Positions 14,215 to 26,700 of a stretch of DNA of 64,000 bases are shown here, piece after piece (position 1 is the stretch's first letter; the number at the start of each line of letters is the position of its first letter). The notes under the pieces were generated by a model. The model ran no database searches and was not told the DNA's origin. It saw only the letters and a list, made by a program, of their open reading frames with translations. Both the position numbers and the translations under genes were made by a program. The stretch is from positions 4,612,126 to 4,676,125 of the forward strand of contig CM119263.1 in the NCBI GenBank assembly GCA_051294375.1, read 5' to 3'. The stretch comes from Paraspadella gotoi (Eukaryota; Animalia; Chaetognatha).

Positions 14215-14448
14215 TAACGGAAAAGTTTCATCTCTCAAAATTTTTTTATTCTACTTTTTTTTTACTTTTTAAATTATATAATTTTTATCTTTTTTTTTTC
14301 CAAATTCAGTTTTTAAATTTTTCCTTTTCTTTCCTCTTTTTCATTTTTCTTTCTCACTTTTACAGACAATGAAGACTACATGAAATAAGGCAAATGGTGA
14401 ATCTACCAACGCGAGAATGTTTTCAAAGTGCGAAAGAGAGAGAGAGAG

Positions 14449-14556
<108 letters not shown>

Positions 14557-14648
14557 GAGAGAGAGGGATTTAAATCATCATTTTTTTATACGACTCTTTT
14601 CGATTTGTTGCTACCAAGATCTTGAGCGAAACGCGAGAGAAGAGAGGA

Positions 14649-14731
<83 letters not shown>

Positions 14732-14804
14732 TGAGGGAGAGAGAGAGAGAAGAAGAGAGAGAGAGAGAGAGAGAGATATTTCAAATGCTTTTTCTTTTAG
14801 CAGA

Positions 14805-14970
14805 CGTACGAACGAACCAATAAACGAACGAACGAACGAATGAACGAATGAACGAAACGTACGAACGAACGAACGAACGAACGAAGAAACGAACGAACGA
14901 ACGAACGAACGAACGGAACCGAACGAACGAACGAACGAACGAACACGAACGAACGAACGAACGAACAAAC
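14805..14970. repeat. (GAAC)n microsatellite following (GA)n
   Basis: Read directly. Confidence 0.95.
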
Positions 14971-15275
14971 ATACGGCTAAATTAATTATTACACAAAAAC
15001 TTTTTTTTTCTAAAACATAAACTGAAATATGGTTTCATTATTATCTTTTAAAACGACCCCCTCCACAGCCCCTGCCCCTTCCTCGCTCCTCCCCTTCCCC
15101 CTTTAGTCTTTTGTTTCCTCAGTTTATCTCTTTTATTTCTCGTTTTATTTAGCATAATAATAGAGACGCCCTCTATTTTGTTATTCGCTTATCTTCTTTT
15201 TTTAAAAATAAACCTAACGTTCTTTTGTCTTCCTTTTTTTTTTCTCCCGCAGAACCAAATCCACGCGAATCAAAA

Positions 15276-16260
15276 ATGCGACGCAGATTTTCCCTTCAAC
15301 TTCTCATTGGAATTCCCTGCGGTGAGGAAGGGGAGAGTTCCGTTTTTTTATTTCTTTTATGTTTCTATTTTGGTTTAGTTTGGTTTTTGACTTTTTGGTT
15401 TGTATTATTTTTTTTTTTTTGTTTTTTTTTTTTTTTATTTTACTAGGAAGTACTTACTATCTATTGAAAAACTTTTTTTTTTAATTTTCGCCGGTCCAAA
15501 TGATATACAACGTTTAGTTAATTCTATATATAGCTAGAGGTTGTATTGAGCTTCACATCTTTAGCAGACCCACAGCGCCAACATAAAATATTAACTTGTC
15601 CACTTAAATTAGTAATTTAAATGGCCTATCTTTTAAAAATTGAGATAAAGAATGAGAGAGTGTGATTTGCCTCAAATGTCTAGCAAAAATTAAGTCACAA
15701 TTACAAAGTGATTCAAAGTAAATTAAAGCCGTTTCCTTCCCTCTCCCCCCCGCCCAGGTTTAGCCATTCTCCTCGCTCTTCTTCTCATCTTTTGTCTCAA
15801 ACGAAAACGAAAAGGCGCGCGAACGCCGCTCGCCGCAGCTGGACTCTACGACGCCGACAGCGGCGCGCTCCGCTGCGTCGGCGGCGTCGGAACCTGCGTC
15901 ACCAACGGCGGCGTCGGCGGCGTCGGCGTCGGCGGCGGCGGAGGCGGACCCTTGGCCGTTCGCAACGGAGTCGGCAACGGGGTCGGCGTCGTTCATTTCG
16001 CTACATCAAAACGTCCACTGCCCTCATTTCACCAGCATCAACATCATCATCTCCATCATCACGGGAAGGTGAGAAAGGGAGGCCGGTGGGGGAGGAAAGG
16101 GATTGTGAAGTTGGGGAAAAGGAGATAATGAAAGAAAAGAAAAAAAAGTGAAAAGAAAAAAGAGAAAAGGAAAAGAAAAAAAGGATTTTATATCCGAGAA
16201 TCGACGAAGCTGAAGGATTTGACAGTCTTGAGAGGAGAGAGAGCACAGAGAGAAGAGAGA

Positions 16261-16330
<70 letters not shown>

Positions 16331-17789
16331 GAGAGAGAGAGGGAGAAAAGGGGAGCAAAGGATCGATAGAGGAAAAGGAAGAAGGAAAAGAAAATAGAGA
16401 AGTAGAAAAGGAAAGAAAAATGGTAAAGAAAACTCAGAAAATTTAAGGAAAGTTCAAATTAGAAGTCTTGTACTCGCAATGTAGTAGCAATGCTAAAAGT
16501 TAAAGCTTCCAAACGAAGTGACAGAAGAAAAAAAAGAAAAATAATTTAAAACTAGAAAATGAAAAAAATGGTTTAGATATCCATATATGTATATATGTAT
16601 ATATGTGTAAAAGAAAAATCGAGAGAAACCAAAAAAAAAAGCTGAAAAGTATCGATGACTTAAACATCGGAAGACGTACAAAAAAAAAAGAAAACCCCCC
16701 CCCAAAAAAAACCAACCGAAAAAAAAAACAACATAAAAAAAATTAAAACGAAACACATGTGAGTCTGTCAGACGCGAAACAAGAAACTCGGCCGATGCTC
16801 CTTCGGTGATTCGCGCAATGTTTATGTCCTGAAGATTTGACAGCCTCTGTCGATCGCCCGCGGGGGAGAGTAAGGGGATGAGGAGGAGGGGAAGAGGAGG
16901 GGCCTTGGTGGGGTGTTGAGGGTGAGTGATACTTAGCGTGGTGAAAGGGGAATGGAAAAACGGAGGGGTGAAAGCTTTTCTTTTATATTTCTTTTTTCTT
17001 TTTCTTTTCTTTTTCTTGTTCGACCTATAAATAATAAAGACAAAAGGCTCCGATAAAAAAAAGAGGAAAGACGAAAGATGTCGCCGTAAAATCTTTAGTG
17101 GTCGCGAGAAAAGCAAAAGGCGCGGGAAGTTGACTAGTGAGGCCGCTTAAATTTGTCGTTAATTCGGTGAAAATCTTGTGTTTCGATTCAAGAGCATTGA
17201 GCAATGCCAATGCATAGTATCGTTAATTTTGTGACACTGTCCGACAGGCAATCAGACAAATCGACTAATACACTTACAGACAGTTACTCAAGAAAAGAGA
17301 AGGAAACTCAAATATTACAAATGTCCTTAAATTTCTTCTTTTCCCTTCTACCCTCATTAAACCTCTCCCTCCCCCCCCTTCAACCCCCCCCGCCCCCTCA
17401 AGACGGTGATCGAGAAGGAATTCGTCTACCCCTCCATCCTACCAATCGCCCCGCCCACCAATTTCTACGCCTCTACTTCCGCCACGCAGCGCCCTCCGAC
17501 GTCGAAGGCGTATCACGAGCTCCTCTCTCCTTACGCCACGTCCGGCGCTAGGGGTTCAGTCGTCGGCGGTAGCGGCGTCAAAAACGGCGCGCCGGCGACG
17601 CCGTCCGCGCCGCTTTGTCACGACGCCGGATGCAACACTTACTCGCGCCCGATTCCGGTCTCCACGTACGGCTGCGTCGGCGGCGGCGTCGGCAGCGTCG
17701 GCTGCGGCGGGAGCAGCAGCGTCGACGCCTTCGCAGACGCGGACGCCGGAAACGCTGCTGAAGACGTCGCCGCGGTCGTCAGTCGATGA
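15276..17789 (+). CDS. Single-pass membrane protein with a low-complexity Tyr-containing tail; exons 15276-15321, 15758-16068, 17403-17789 (further 5' exons possible)
   Basis: GT-AG introns with consistent phases (1, 0) give MRRRFSLQLLIGIPC-GLAILLALLLIFCL-KRKRK...HQHQHHHLHHHGK-TVIEKEFVYPSILP..., i.e. a hydrophobic helix followed by a basic stop-transfer. Confidence 0.7.
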
Positions 17790-18222
17790 TGGGCGGGGCG
17801 GGTTTGGCGGCGGCGGAGGATTCGGCGGTTACGGCGCCGCTTCGGTACGGTGCGCGGCGTTGGCGGGGGCGCGGTGGTTCGATACCCGACTCCATCGCCG
17901 CACGGAGACGCTCACTCTCCACCGCCGCTGCCCGGAAACGGCTGCAGCGGTCGGGGCGAGCGGCGGTAGCGGCGGTGGCAGCGGCAGCGGCAGCGGTGGA
18001 GGTCAAACCCAGTCTCTCTCGGCTACGATCACCACGACCCGCTCCGGTGCACAGACGGCTCATGTCCCAAAAATCACAGCGTGAAATCACTCACTCCTGT
18101 CTGGAATCTTATTTGGAGAGCCTCTACCGGCCGAGTTCGAGATGAGGAGGATGAGGAGGAGGAATAAACTAAAAACAAAAGGGAATCAATTTGATCGAAG
18201 TAGTCCCGATTCTTTGTATCCC

Positions 18223-18276
<54 letters not shown>

Positions 18277-19478
18277 TCTCTCTCCATCGCTTTCGAGGTC
18301 GCCCTTCGTTTTGTTTTCTTACGAGTTAATTCGCTACCCCTAGTTTATCCCCATCTCTGTCTGTTCCTCACTCTCTTTTTTTTTTATTCCTTTCCTTTAT
18401 CTTTATTTTCCTCCTGCCTTCTTTTTTTTTTTTTTAGTTCCTTACCCTTCTTTTCTTTTTCTTTTATGTTACCTCAACTTGCTCTCCTTACTTTCTTTCG
18501 TTTTTTCAGATTTTTTCCTTTCCTTGGTTCTTCTTTATTTCGTTTTTTATCATTTTTCCTTTTTTTCTTCTCCTTTTTCCTCCTCTCCCCTCCCATTTCC
18601 CTAAACCTCCCATTTCCTACCTTCCCATTCCTACTCCCCCTTCCCCTTCTTTTGATATTCAACAACATCCTTCATCGAAGAGACGAAAAAGTTTTCTTCT
18701 CTTCATTTTTTTCCTCGTGGGCGTCGATGGTTTCCTCACCTTTTGAATCCCCGACTTCGCAAAACCTCACCCTTGGTAACGCGTTTCCCTTTTTGTCTTC
18801 GACCCTTACCCTCTCCCCACCCGTGTTACCCTCCCCCTCCCCTCTCCCTTTTTTTTTTAGCCACTTGTTCGTGTACGATTTTCGCGCGCAATCGATGATT
18901 CGCTGAAACGCATCGTTTCCACCTCCTGATTGGTCAATGACAAAAATATGATGTTAGTTTTCTGTTCTTTGATTGGCAGTCAAAAAAAAAACAAAGAACT
19001 CACCAAAAAAAAATGGAGGAGATGGAAAGATTTCTGCTGAACTCCCCCCCCCCCGAGATTTTAGTATTTATATGATTGACATTTTCTTACGATATTTGCA
19101 CCGTTAAATGTTTTATATTGTACATATTCCTGTTTTTATTTTCTAATTTAAATTGTCTGCTAAAAATGTTTTTAAAAATTTTAACTAATTATTACCTCGA
19201 CGATTAGAAGAAGTTCGACTTTTTTTTTAAAGATTATCGAAAAAAAAAANNNNNNNNNNNNNNNNNNNNNNNNNNNNNNNNNNNNNNNNNNNNNNNNNNN
19301 NNNNNNNNNNNNNNNNNNNNNNNNNNNNNNNNNNNNNNNNNNNNNNNNNNNNNNNNNNNNNNNNNNNNNNNNNNNNNNNNNNNNNNNNNNNNNNNNNNNN
19401 NNNNNNNNNNNNNNNNNNNNNNNNNNNNNNNNNNNNNNNNNNNNNNNNNNNNNNNNNNNNNNNNNNNNNNNNNNNNNA

Positions 19479-19510
<32 letters not shown>

Positions 19511-19643
19511 AAATAGAGAAGGAAATGTAGGAAAAAAACAAGAAAAGTTATGTGACCCAAAAAACTATCAATATCAAAATACCCAACTTAACATTTTTTT
19601 CCTAATACTTTTTTTGACTTTCTTTCTTTCTTTTAATCATGAG

Positions 19644-19676
19644 GTCACGTGATTTGATCGCTATAGTCACGTGACT
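19644..19676. promoter_or_regulatory. Paired GTCACGTGA(C/T) E-boxes
   Basis: Two palindromic CACGTG sites 22 bp apart; a similar pair lies at 59746-59777. Confidence 0.3.
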
Positions 19677-20385
19677 GAATCACAGATGGAAAATCGACGA
19701 ATTTTTTTCGGTCCATAAAAAACGAGCCGATTATTTTTTGATCTTTTGCCATCTTGAGAAATAAAGCACTTTTTTCATCTAAGAGCTTTTTTCCTTTTCT
19801 TTTTTTTTTGAGCTATCATGAGGCAAGGGAAAAAATCAGATTAGAATGTAGCTAGCGAAGAATTAAATTAATATTGAACTTCTAAAGACGTTGATTTAAT
19901 CTTGGTGAAAAAGTTTTTTTTTTTTTTTAATTCAATGAGTGAGACTTAAAAATCCTGGGCGGAACTAGGTTCGACCGCGGGTTGTGAATGTGAGACTGAG
20001 TGAGACCGATGATTTATAGTCGTGATAAACGAAGGGAAAGAGCGAAAAGTTTCATCGGAACTTTAAGAGTTACTTTTTAAGAAACGACGACGTTGATTAT
20101 AAATGGTTATATGTATATGTTTGTAAGGTTCTGTTGTTAATTTTGTTGTTGACAGAGATTTTTACGGATAGAAACGAAAGATTGACTGATTGACATTGAC
20201 ATGATAGAAATGGTCAGTTGGCTAATTGTTTAAGACAAAAAAAAATAAAATAATACAAATAATAAACCACGGTTGTTTTAGCGAAAATCATAGCTGGTGT
20301 ACAAGAAAAATAGATCGGGTCTTTTGCTACAGGTTAAATAGCAAAAAATAGGATAAGGGTTATAATGTAATAATCAATGAAAATG

Positions 20386-20845
20386 TAATTAATTGAATTG
20401 AATTGTATTAAAGAAACGGGCTTTGGGCTACATTGTGCCCCTAAAAGCTACATCAATTTACAAAACGATATTCACAAGTTGAAAAGTATTTAAAGATATA
20501 AACGAAAATCGGGTAGAGTTTTTATCCTAAACATGTTTCATGAAATCTTTCCAAGAGGCAGTTCAAACAATCTTTCTTTTTCGAAATGTTGTCCCAACCT
20601 AATAAAAGCTCTATTGGTGACATATTAGTGTAGGTCAAATTTTTTTCAATACGATCAACAATGGTATCAAAAAGAGAATTATTTCGAATCATGTTTTTTA
20701 AACGTCTTACTGACATATTTCTTACATATTCAGATAGTGGGATCATACTTGCTGCATCTCGCGCGAAATCATTATCAATATGTATCGGTAATCTATGAAA
20801 AATTTTAATAGCTCGCAGTTGAAGAGTATCAAATTGAAAGTCCAG
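20386..20845 (-). mobile_element. 5'-truncated non-LTR retrotransposon (LINE) 3' end
   Basis: Minus frame FDTLQLRAIKIFHRLPIHIDNDFARDAASMIPLSEYVRNMSVRRL resembles the post-RT region of jockey/I-type LINEs. A short UTR and a (CAATT)n tail follow. Confidence 0.55.
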
Positions 20846-21863
20846 CCTGGATTCTAGGTAGATTTTCTTATATGCTGTTCAAAAAAAAATTAAAGAAAAG
20901 GCATTTTAGTATTAATACGTAAAACAGGCAATTTTTTAAACAATATTTTTTTATCCTAACAAAATACATTATTATTTCAAAAAACCAAAACGAAAAAAAA
21001 TTGCTATTTTGTTAATTTCCTTTCTCAAAGATTTTTGTTGTAGTTGCTCGAGACATCTGACGGATACGGCATTTGTTTTATTTCGAATGTTTCGGGACTT
21101 GAAAATACATTTCAGTGAAATTAATTGTATATTTGTGATTTTGTCCTATTTTTCTAATTAATGTAATAAATTATTAAAATTATATGTTAACAATTGCATA
21201 TTTTTCATAGTTTTGCATTAAAAAAATCTAAAAAGTAGCAAACATTATTAATATTACTACTATGTCTTTTTCCAGACATTTAGTATTAAACTAAAAAACC
21301 AAACACCGATGGCGAAACTTTTTCGTAAGACGATTCAAGATTAGAAACTTGATCTTCAGCAAGTTGTAGCAATTTACAGCATCATTTACAGATAGCCAAG
21401 TTGAGCAACAGCACCTGCCGTCGCTTCTGACGCAACTGTTTTCTCTGTTTTGCTGCTGCTTTTCTCGACCGACGCTTTCCCTGCAGTTGCCGCTGAAGCT
21501 GCTGCCGCTGTTGATGACTTATCCCTTCTACTCGATGACTTACCTTGTCAGCTCGTGTCGAAACTTGAATGTGGAAAATAAATGTCAAATGTTGTGATGC
21601 GAAATAAGAGAGGAAAGATTTAACTTTAAGCTCATCTTTTTTTATGTCCTTATGTTGTCCTAATTTTGCCATTTATTCATACAGTATTATATATGGTAAC
21701 TAAGAATTAAAGATTACACAGTCATACAACGTCTCACATAGTCTCACAGTGAGTGAGTTAGTGACACAAGACGCAACTTTGCTTGGGGTGATTGAGGAAT
21801 GCAGCAGCCGCCGCCGCCGATGCAGCTTCGGATGGTCCCGCCTTACGAAAGAAACTTACCTAG

Positions 21864-21942
<79 letters not shown>

Positions 21943-22846
21943 CAAATACCTTACCTCAGAATTTTAGCAGCTGCTTCAGCGGCAGCCACGTCTCTCCGCA
22001 GCCGACGCAGCGACGCCGAAGGTAAGCAACACGAAAAACAGGTTCGACGAATAATCATCATCGTCGTCGTCGTCATCGTCGTCATCGTCGTCATTTCTTT
22101 ACTCGATTCCAGTGACCTTTTTTTCCTTTTTTTTTTCCAAATTTTCCTTTTTCTTTTTCTCAACGGAAAGTAAAGTAAAGAAACTCGAAAGAATTAGAGA
22201 GAAAAAAACTCAGCATCGGTGATCAGTAAAATATAAACTCGCTATCATCGTTCTCGACCAAACGGTGAGTAGGTTGGGCCTTTTATAGTATTTTAATTAT
22301 TATTTTTCGTTAGGCATTAAGTTATGGTATTTATTTTTGGGACTACTTCCCGGGTCTTCAAGACCCGTGACTTTATCGTTCATCATTTTGAGTTTCGATC
22401 CGAACGTCGAACTCGGTTTTCTTTTTTGATTTAAAAAAATTAAATCTTCTTTTAGCGGATTTGCGATCGTAAATCCGGATTTATTTTCTTCCAAAAATCT
22501 CGCAGCGACGACGACGACAACAAACAACAACATTTCGCGCGATTTCGTCTTAACCAAAAACTCACAACCTCGAAAATTGACGGAGACGCTAAAGTTAGAT
22601 AGAGAACGAGACGTGGCTCGGTCTCTTGTACGAAACTGTGTTAGTCTGAGTCGTTGTGAGATAGAGACATCGACTTTGTTGTCGTCGTCGTCATCGTTTC
22701 TTCATGAGTCACCAGAGACAACCGCAAACTTTTTTTTAAAATGTAACCTCATTTTGGATTTGATAGAAAGAAAAAATCAGTAAGAAGTTTATCCCCTTTT
22801 TTTGCTCTGTGTCCCTCTTTGAGGGCTTTTTAGCAAGTTCGAATCT

Positions 22847-22939
<93 letters not shown>

Positions 22940-23679
22940 TCACTCGCTCGCTTCTAAAAAAAACCCCACCTATAAAAAAATTTATTTTATTTCTTGTTTT
23001 TCATCAAAATTCTTCTTTTTGATCTCAATTTCTTTCTTCATTTTCCAAACTTGAAAATTGTGAAACTTAAAAGTTTAAAAAATTAAAAGAAATACGAGTT
23101 AAACATAACAAACAATGTCCTGAGAAAGTTAGGAGATGCCTTTAATAGAGCATCTCTTCGTAACGTTGTATCCTGAGGGTTCCTCACCTGGTAAGTGAGA
23201 GTGACCGACTTTCCTCTTTCACTTTTTACGATTTTGTGAATGTGACTGTGATCTCGTGAGACGGATCGCTTTCTCTTTTTTTCATTTCACGGTTTAGGTT
23301 TCGTCGAATTTTTGTTTGCGTTCAAATGACAATGGCGAAGAATGTTTTGAAGCGAATAGATAAAATTATATCCTATCTGTAAATCAACTCTTTACCATTT
23401 TTAAAAAAATATTCTTGATCTATTCTCATTTATGAATATTTCAAATGTCATTTCTACTCTTTTTCTTCAACGCAAATCTTAATGTCAAGTCAGTATCGTG
23501 ACGCAATTCTCTTTTGTCTTCTTTGTCAAGTCAAATCTGTCATCTCTTTTTGTTATCTCCTTCGTCATTTCCCCGGTCAAATCTATCATCTTTTCTTTTT
23601 TGTTAATTTCTTGGTCATTCCAATCCCAATTCTCAATTTTATTTCAGTTCGATTCCAATGGACCAAAATTGACGGGGTC

Positions 23680-23696
23680 ATGAGTTCGATCCCCAA

Positions 23697-23733
<37 letters not shown>

Positions 23734-26700
23734 GCGACGGTGACAACGACGACGACCAACGGCGACACTTCCGTCATCTACGAATACGAATACGACGTCA
23801 ACCATCTGCCGCCAGATCTTCTGCACAAATTGCGGCGAGAGCATCCGGAGGCGGAGTTTAGCATCTTGGAGGACGTTGCTGAAGAGGACGAGGAGGAGGA
23901 GGAGGAGGAGGAGGAGGAGGAGGAGGGAGCGTTGGCGGTGGTTGAATCCCCCACGATCGATGAAATCGCGGAACTGAGATCGAAACTCCAAGAAAGTAAG
24001 TCTCTTTTTCTTTCTCCAGCTTCGATCTTCAACTTACCAATTTTAGTTATCGACAAGAATATTTTTGTATTTCGTTAATCTTCAATGATTACGATTTTGT
24101 TAACTTTAATAACGAGTCTCTCCTATCATAACTCAACATTTGTTATCATTTGGTTTCAAAAAGCTGCACTATTACTAATAGCTGAATTTACGTTTCAAAA
24201 CTAATCCTCGTTGCATATTTTTCGATTCAAGCACTCGGGATAAGGTTATCCAGTAAGTATGACGATGATGAAGTAAGAAGTTTAACCTTACATTAGCTTA
24301 ATTAAACAATAGCTTCGAACGGGATACTTTTTTGGACTGAAGGCCCTATTTGGTCTTTCAATTAAGTGAATCAATCATCAATTTATTACCGTGCAAAATT
24401 TAGACAACCAAAAATTTTTGGGAGATGGTTCTAGAAAGTTTATAAGGTGCGTCGATTATAATAAATAATAGAATATAAATTATAATTTCTAAAATAGAAA
24501 ACGGAGCACGACGTAACGTAACGTAACGTAAGAATTAAAACTAAAAGCTTTTCACGTTTATAACAAATTCGCTTTTGCGCTCCTCACCCCGTTTAGCGAA
24601 ATCTTGGGATGACGACGGGAAAGAAAAGACGAACTTACCTTTATTTTTCCTCCCACACACACAAATAGGCGCCCTCACCGACGGCGTCGCTCACACAGAA
24701 CTCGAGTCCAGCTTCGAGGCCACGCCCACCGGGATAGTGGCGGCGCTGCGATCGAAACTTGTGGCGTCAAAGGAGACGAAAGACGCGGACGACGACGGGC
24801 GACGATCGTGGACCTACGAAGGGACGTCGACGATGACGGAGACGTTTTCGTCGATCACGACGACGCGGGTCGTGCCGAGATCACAGGTGAGAGGGTAAGG
24901 AGGGTGAACGCCTCCTGAAGGGTAAGTTAGGGTCGGAAGAGCGTGGCGGGGGAGGGCTAAGGGTAAGATCCACGAGGCTAAGAGCCAGTGGGGTGGCGAT
25001 GGTAAGTGTAATGGGTGTCATAGTGTGAATTAAGGGGCAAGGTGAGGTTGAATAGAATATGGCCGCCGTGAAGGTTTGGGATAGTCTCTGGCGAGGGTAT
25101 GGTCGTGATAGATGTGGTAAGTCGCGAGAAGATGAGGGATGACGAATTAGACGGTGAGGGAAGAGAATAATAAAAGTAAGGAGAGAGGAAAGAAAATTGA
25201 GGAGGTGAGGAATTGGGCCAAATCAAAGGAAACATAATCATGGCGGAGATACGAAAAAGCTGTCAAAGAAACGGCTTTGCAAAATGAAACAACAATACTA
25301 TGAAACAGTAATGAAACAATAAAAATAATAATTTACAACAAACTTGATTTCCAGGTTTTCGATGATCTTGATGGTGAAGACAAACCGACGGAGAAACCGA
25401 TTGTTGAAATGCCTGAGTCGGAGGAGGACGACGACGACGAAGAAGAAGAAGAAGATGAGGAAGACGACGAAGAAGAAGAAGATGAGGAAGACGACGAAGA
25501 CGACGACCCTTCCCCCGTCAAACCTGAAAACGATGAAACCGAAGAGGCGCCCGCTCCAATTTCGCGCCCGCGTTCTCTCGTCAACATCGTCGTCCCTGAA
25601 AAAGTTTTCGGAGTTGACGACAGCGACGACGATCAAGACAAATCTGATGACATTGATCCTAGCAAAAATACTAAAGCATTAGAAAATAGCATTGACAATA
25701 AAGACTCTTCGGATCCTGGAGACGACGAGGAAGATGATGAAAGTAATGATGATACAACAACTCATATCATCACGCCAGAAGTCGGCACGAAAGTCGAAAC
25801 ATCTTCCGATAAAACCGAAGACAACCCCGCCCCAATTTCGCGCCCCAGATCCCTCGTCAACATTGTCCTGCCCGAAAACCTATTCGGCGTCGAAGAAGAC
25901 GACAAAGTGCTCGAAAATGGCATCGACGACGATGCAGATGACGAAGACGACGACGATGAAGACGAAGTGGAGAACGAAGTGGAGATGGATGATAAACTGG
26001 AGAAGATGAGAGCAGAAATGGAAGCGATCGTCGATAAAGTCAAATTAGAGGACAACGACGACGACGATGACGAAGTCGTTCTGCGCAAACCACGCCCCAT
26101 TCCGATTACCAAGGACGAAGAAGACGAGGAAGACGACGACGACGACGACGACGAAGAAGAAGACGATGAAGAGGCGAATACGGCGGAAAATTCACAAAGC
26201 GAAGACGAAGTTGAAATTAATTCGCCGAGGATTATGCCGAAGAGAGAATCAATGATCGCGGATCTGCCCATCATCGGTTCCATCGATGAGGAGGACGAGG
26301 ACGACGAGGACGAGGAGGAGGAAGACGACGATGACGAGGACGAGGAGGAAGACGAAGACGATTCGACGACCGGGTTGAAGAGGACAAAGTCCGTCGTGTC
26401 CATCGTCGTTCCAGAAGAAGTTTACGGAGACGAGGAAATTGTTGAGGACGAAGAGAAGGAAGAGGGAGAGAGGGAGGAGGGAGAGAAGGTGGGGAAGACG
26501 TTGGAGGAAAGACTGGTTGCGTTGAAGGCGACGCCGGCTGAGGGTAAGAAAGAGGAGGAAGAGGAGGAGGAGGAGGATGAGGCGCCGACGACCGAATTGA
26601 AGCGAACCAAATCCGTTGTCTCTATCGTCGTGCCTGTAGAAGTCTTTGGGGAGGAAGAGCTTGAGGAGGAAGAGGAGGAGGAGGAAGAAAAACGCCCCGT

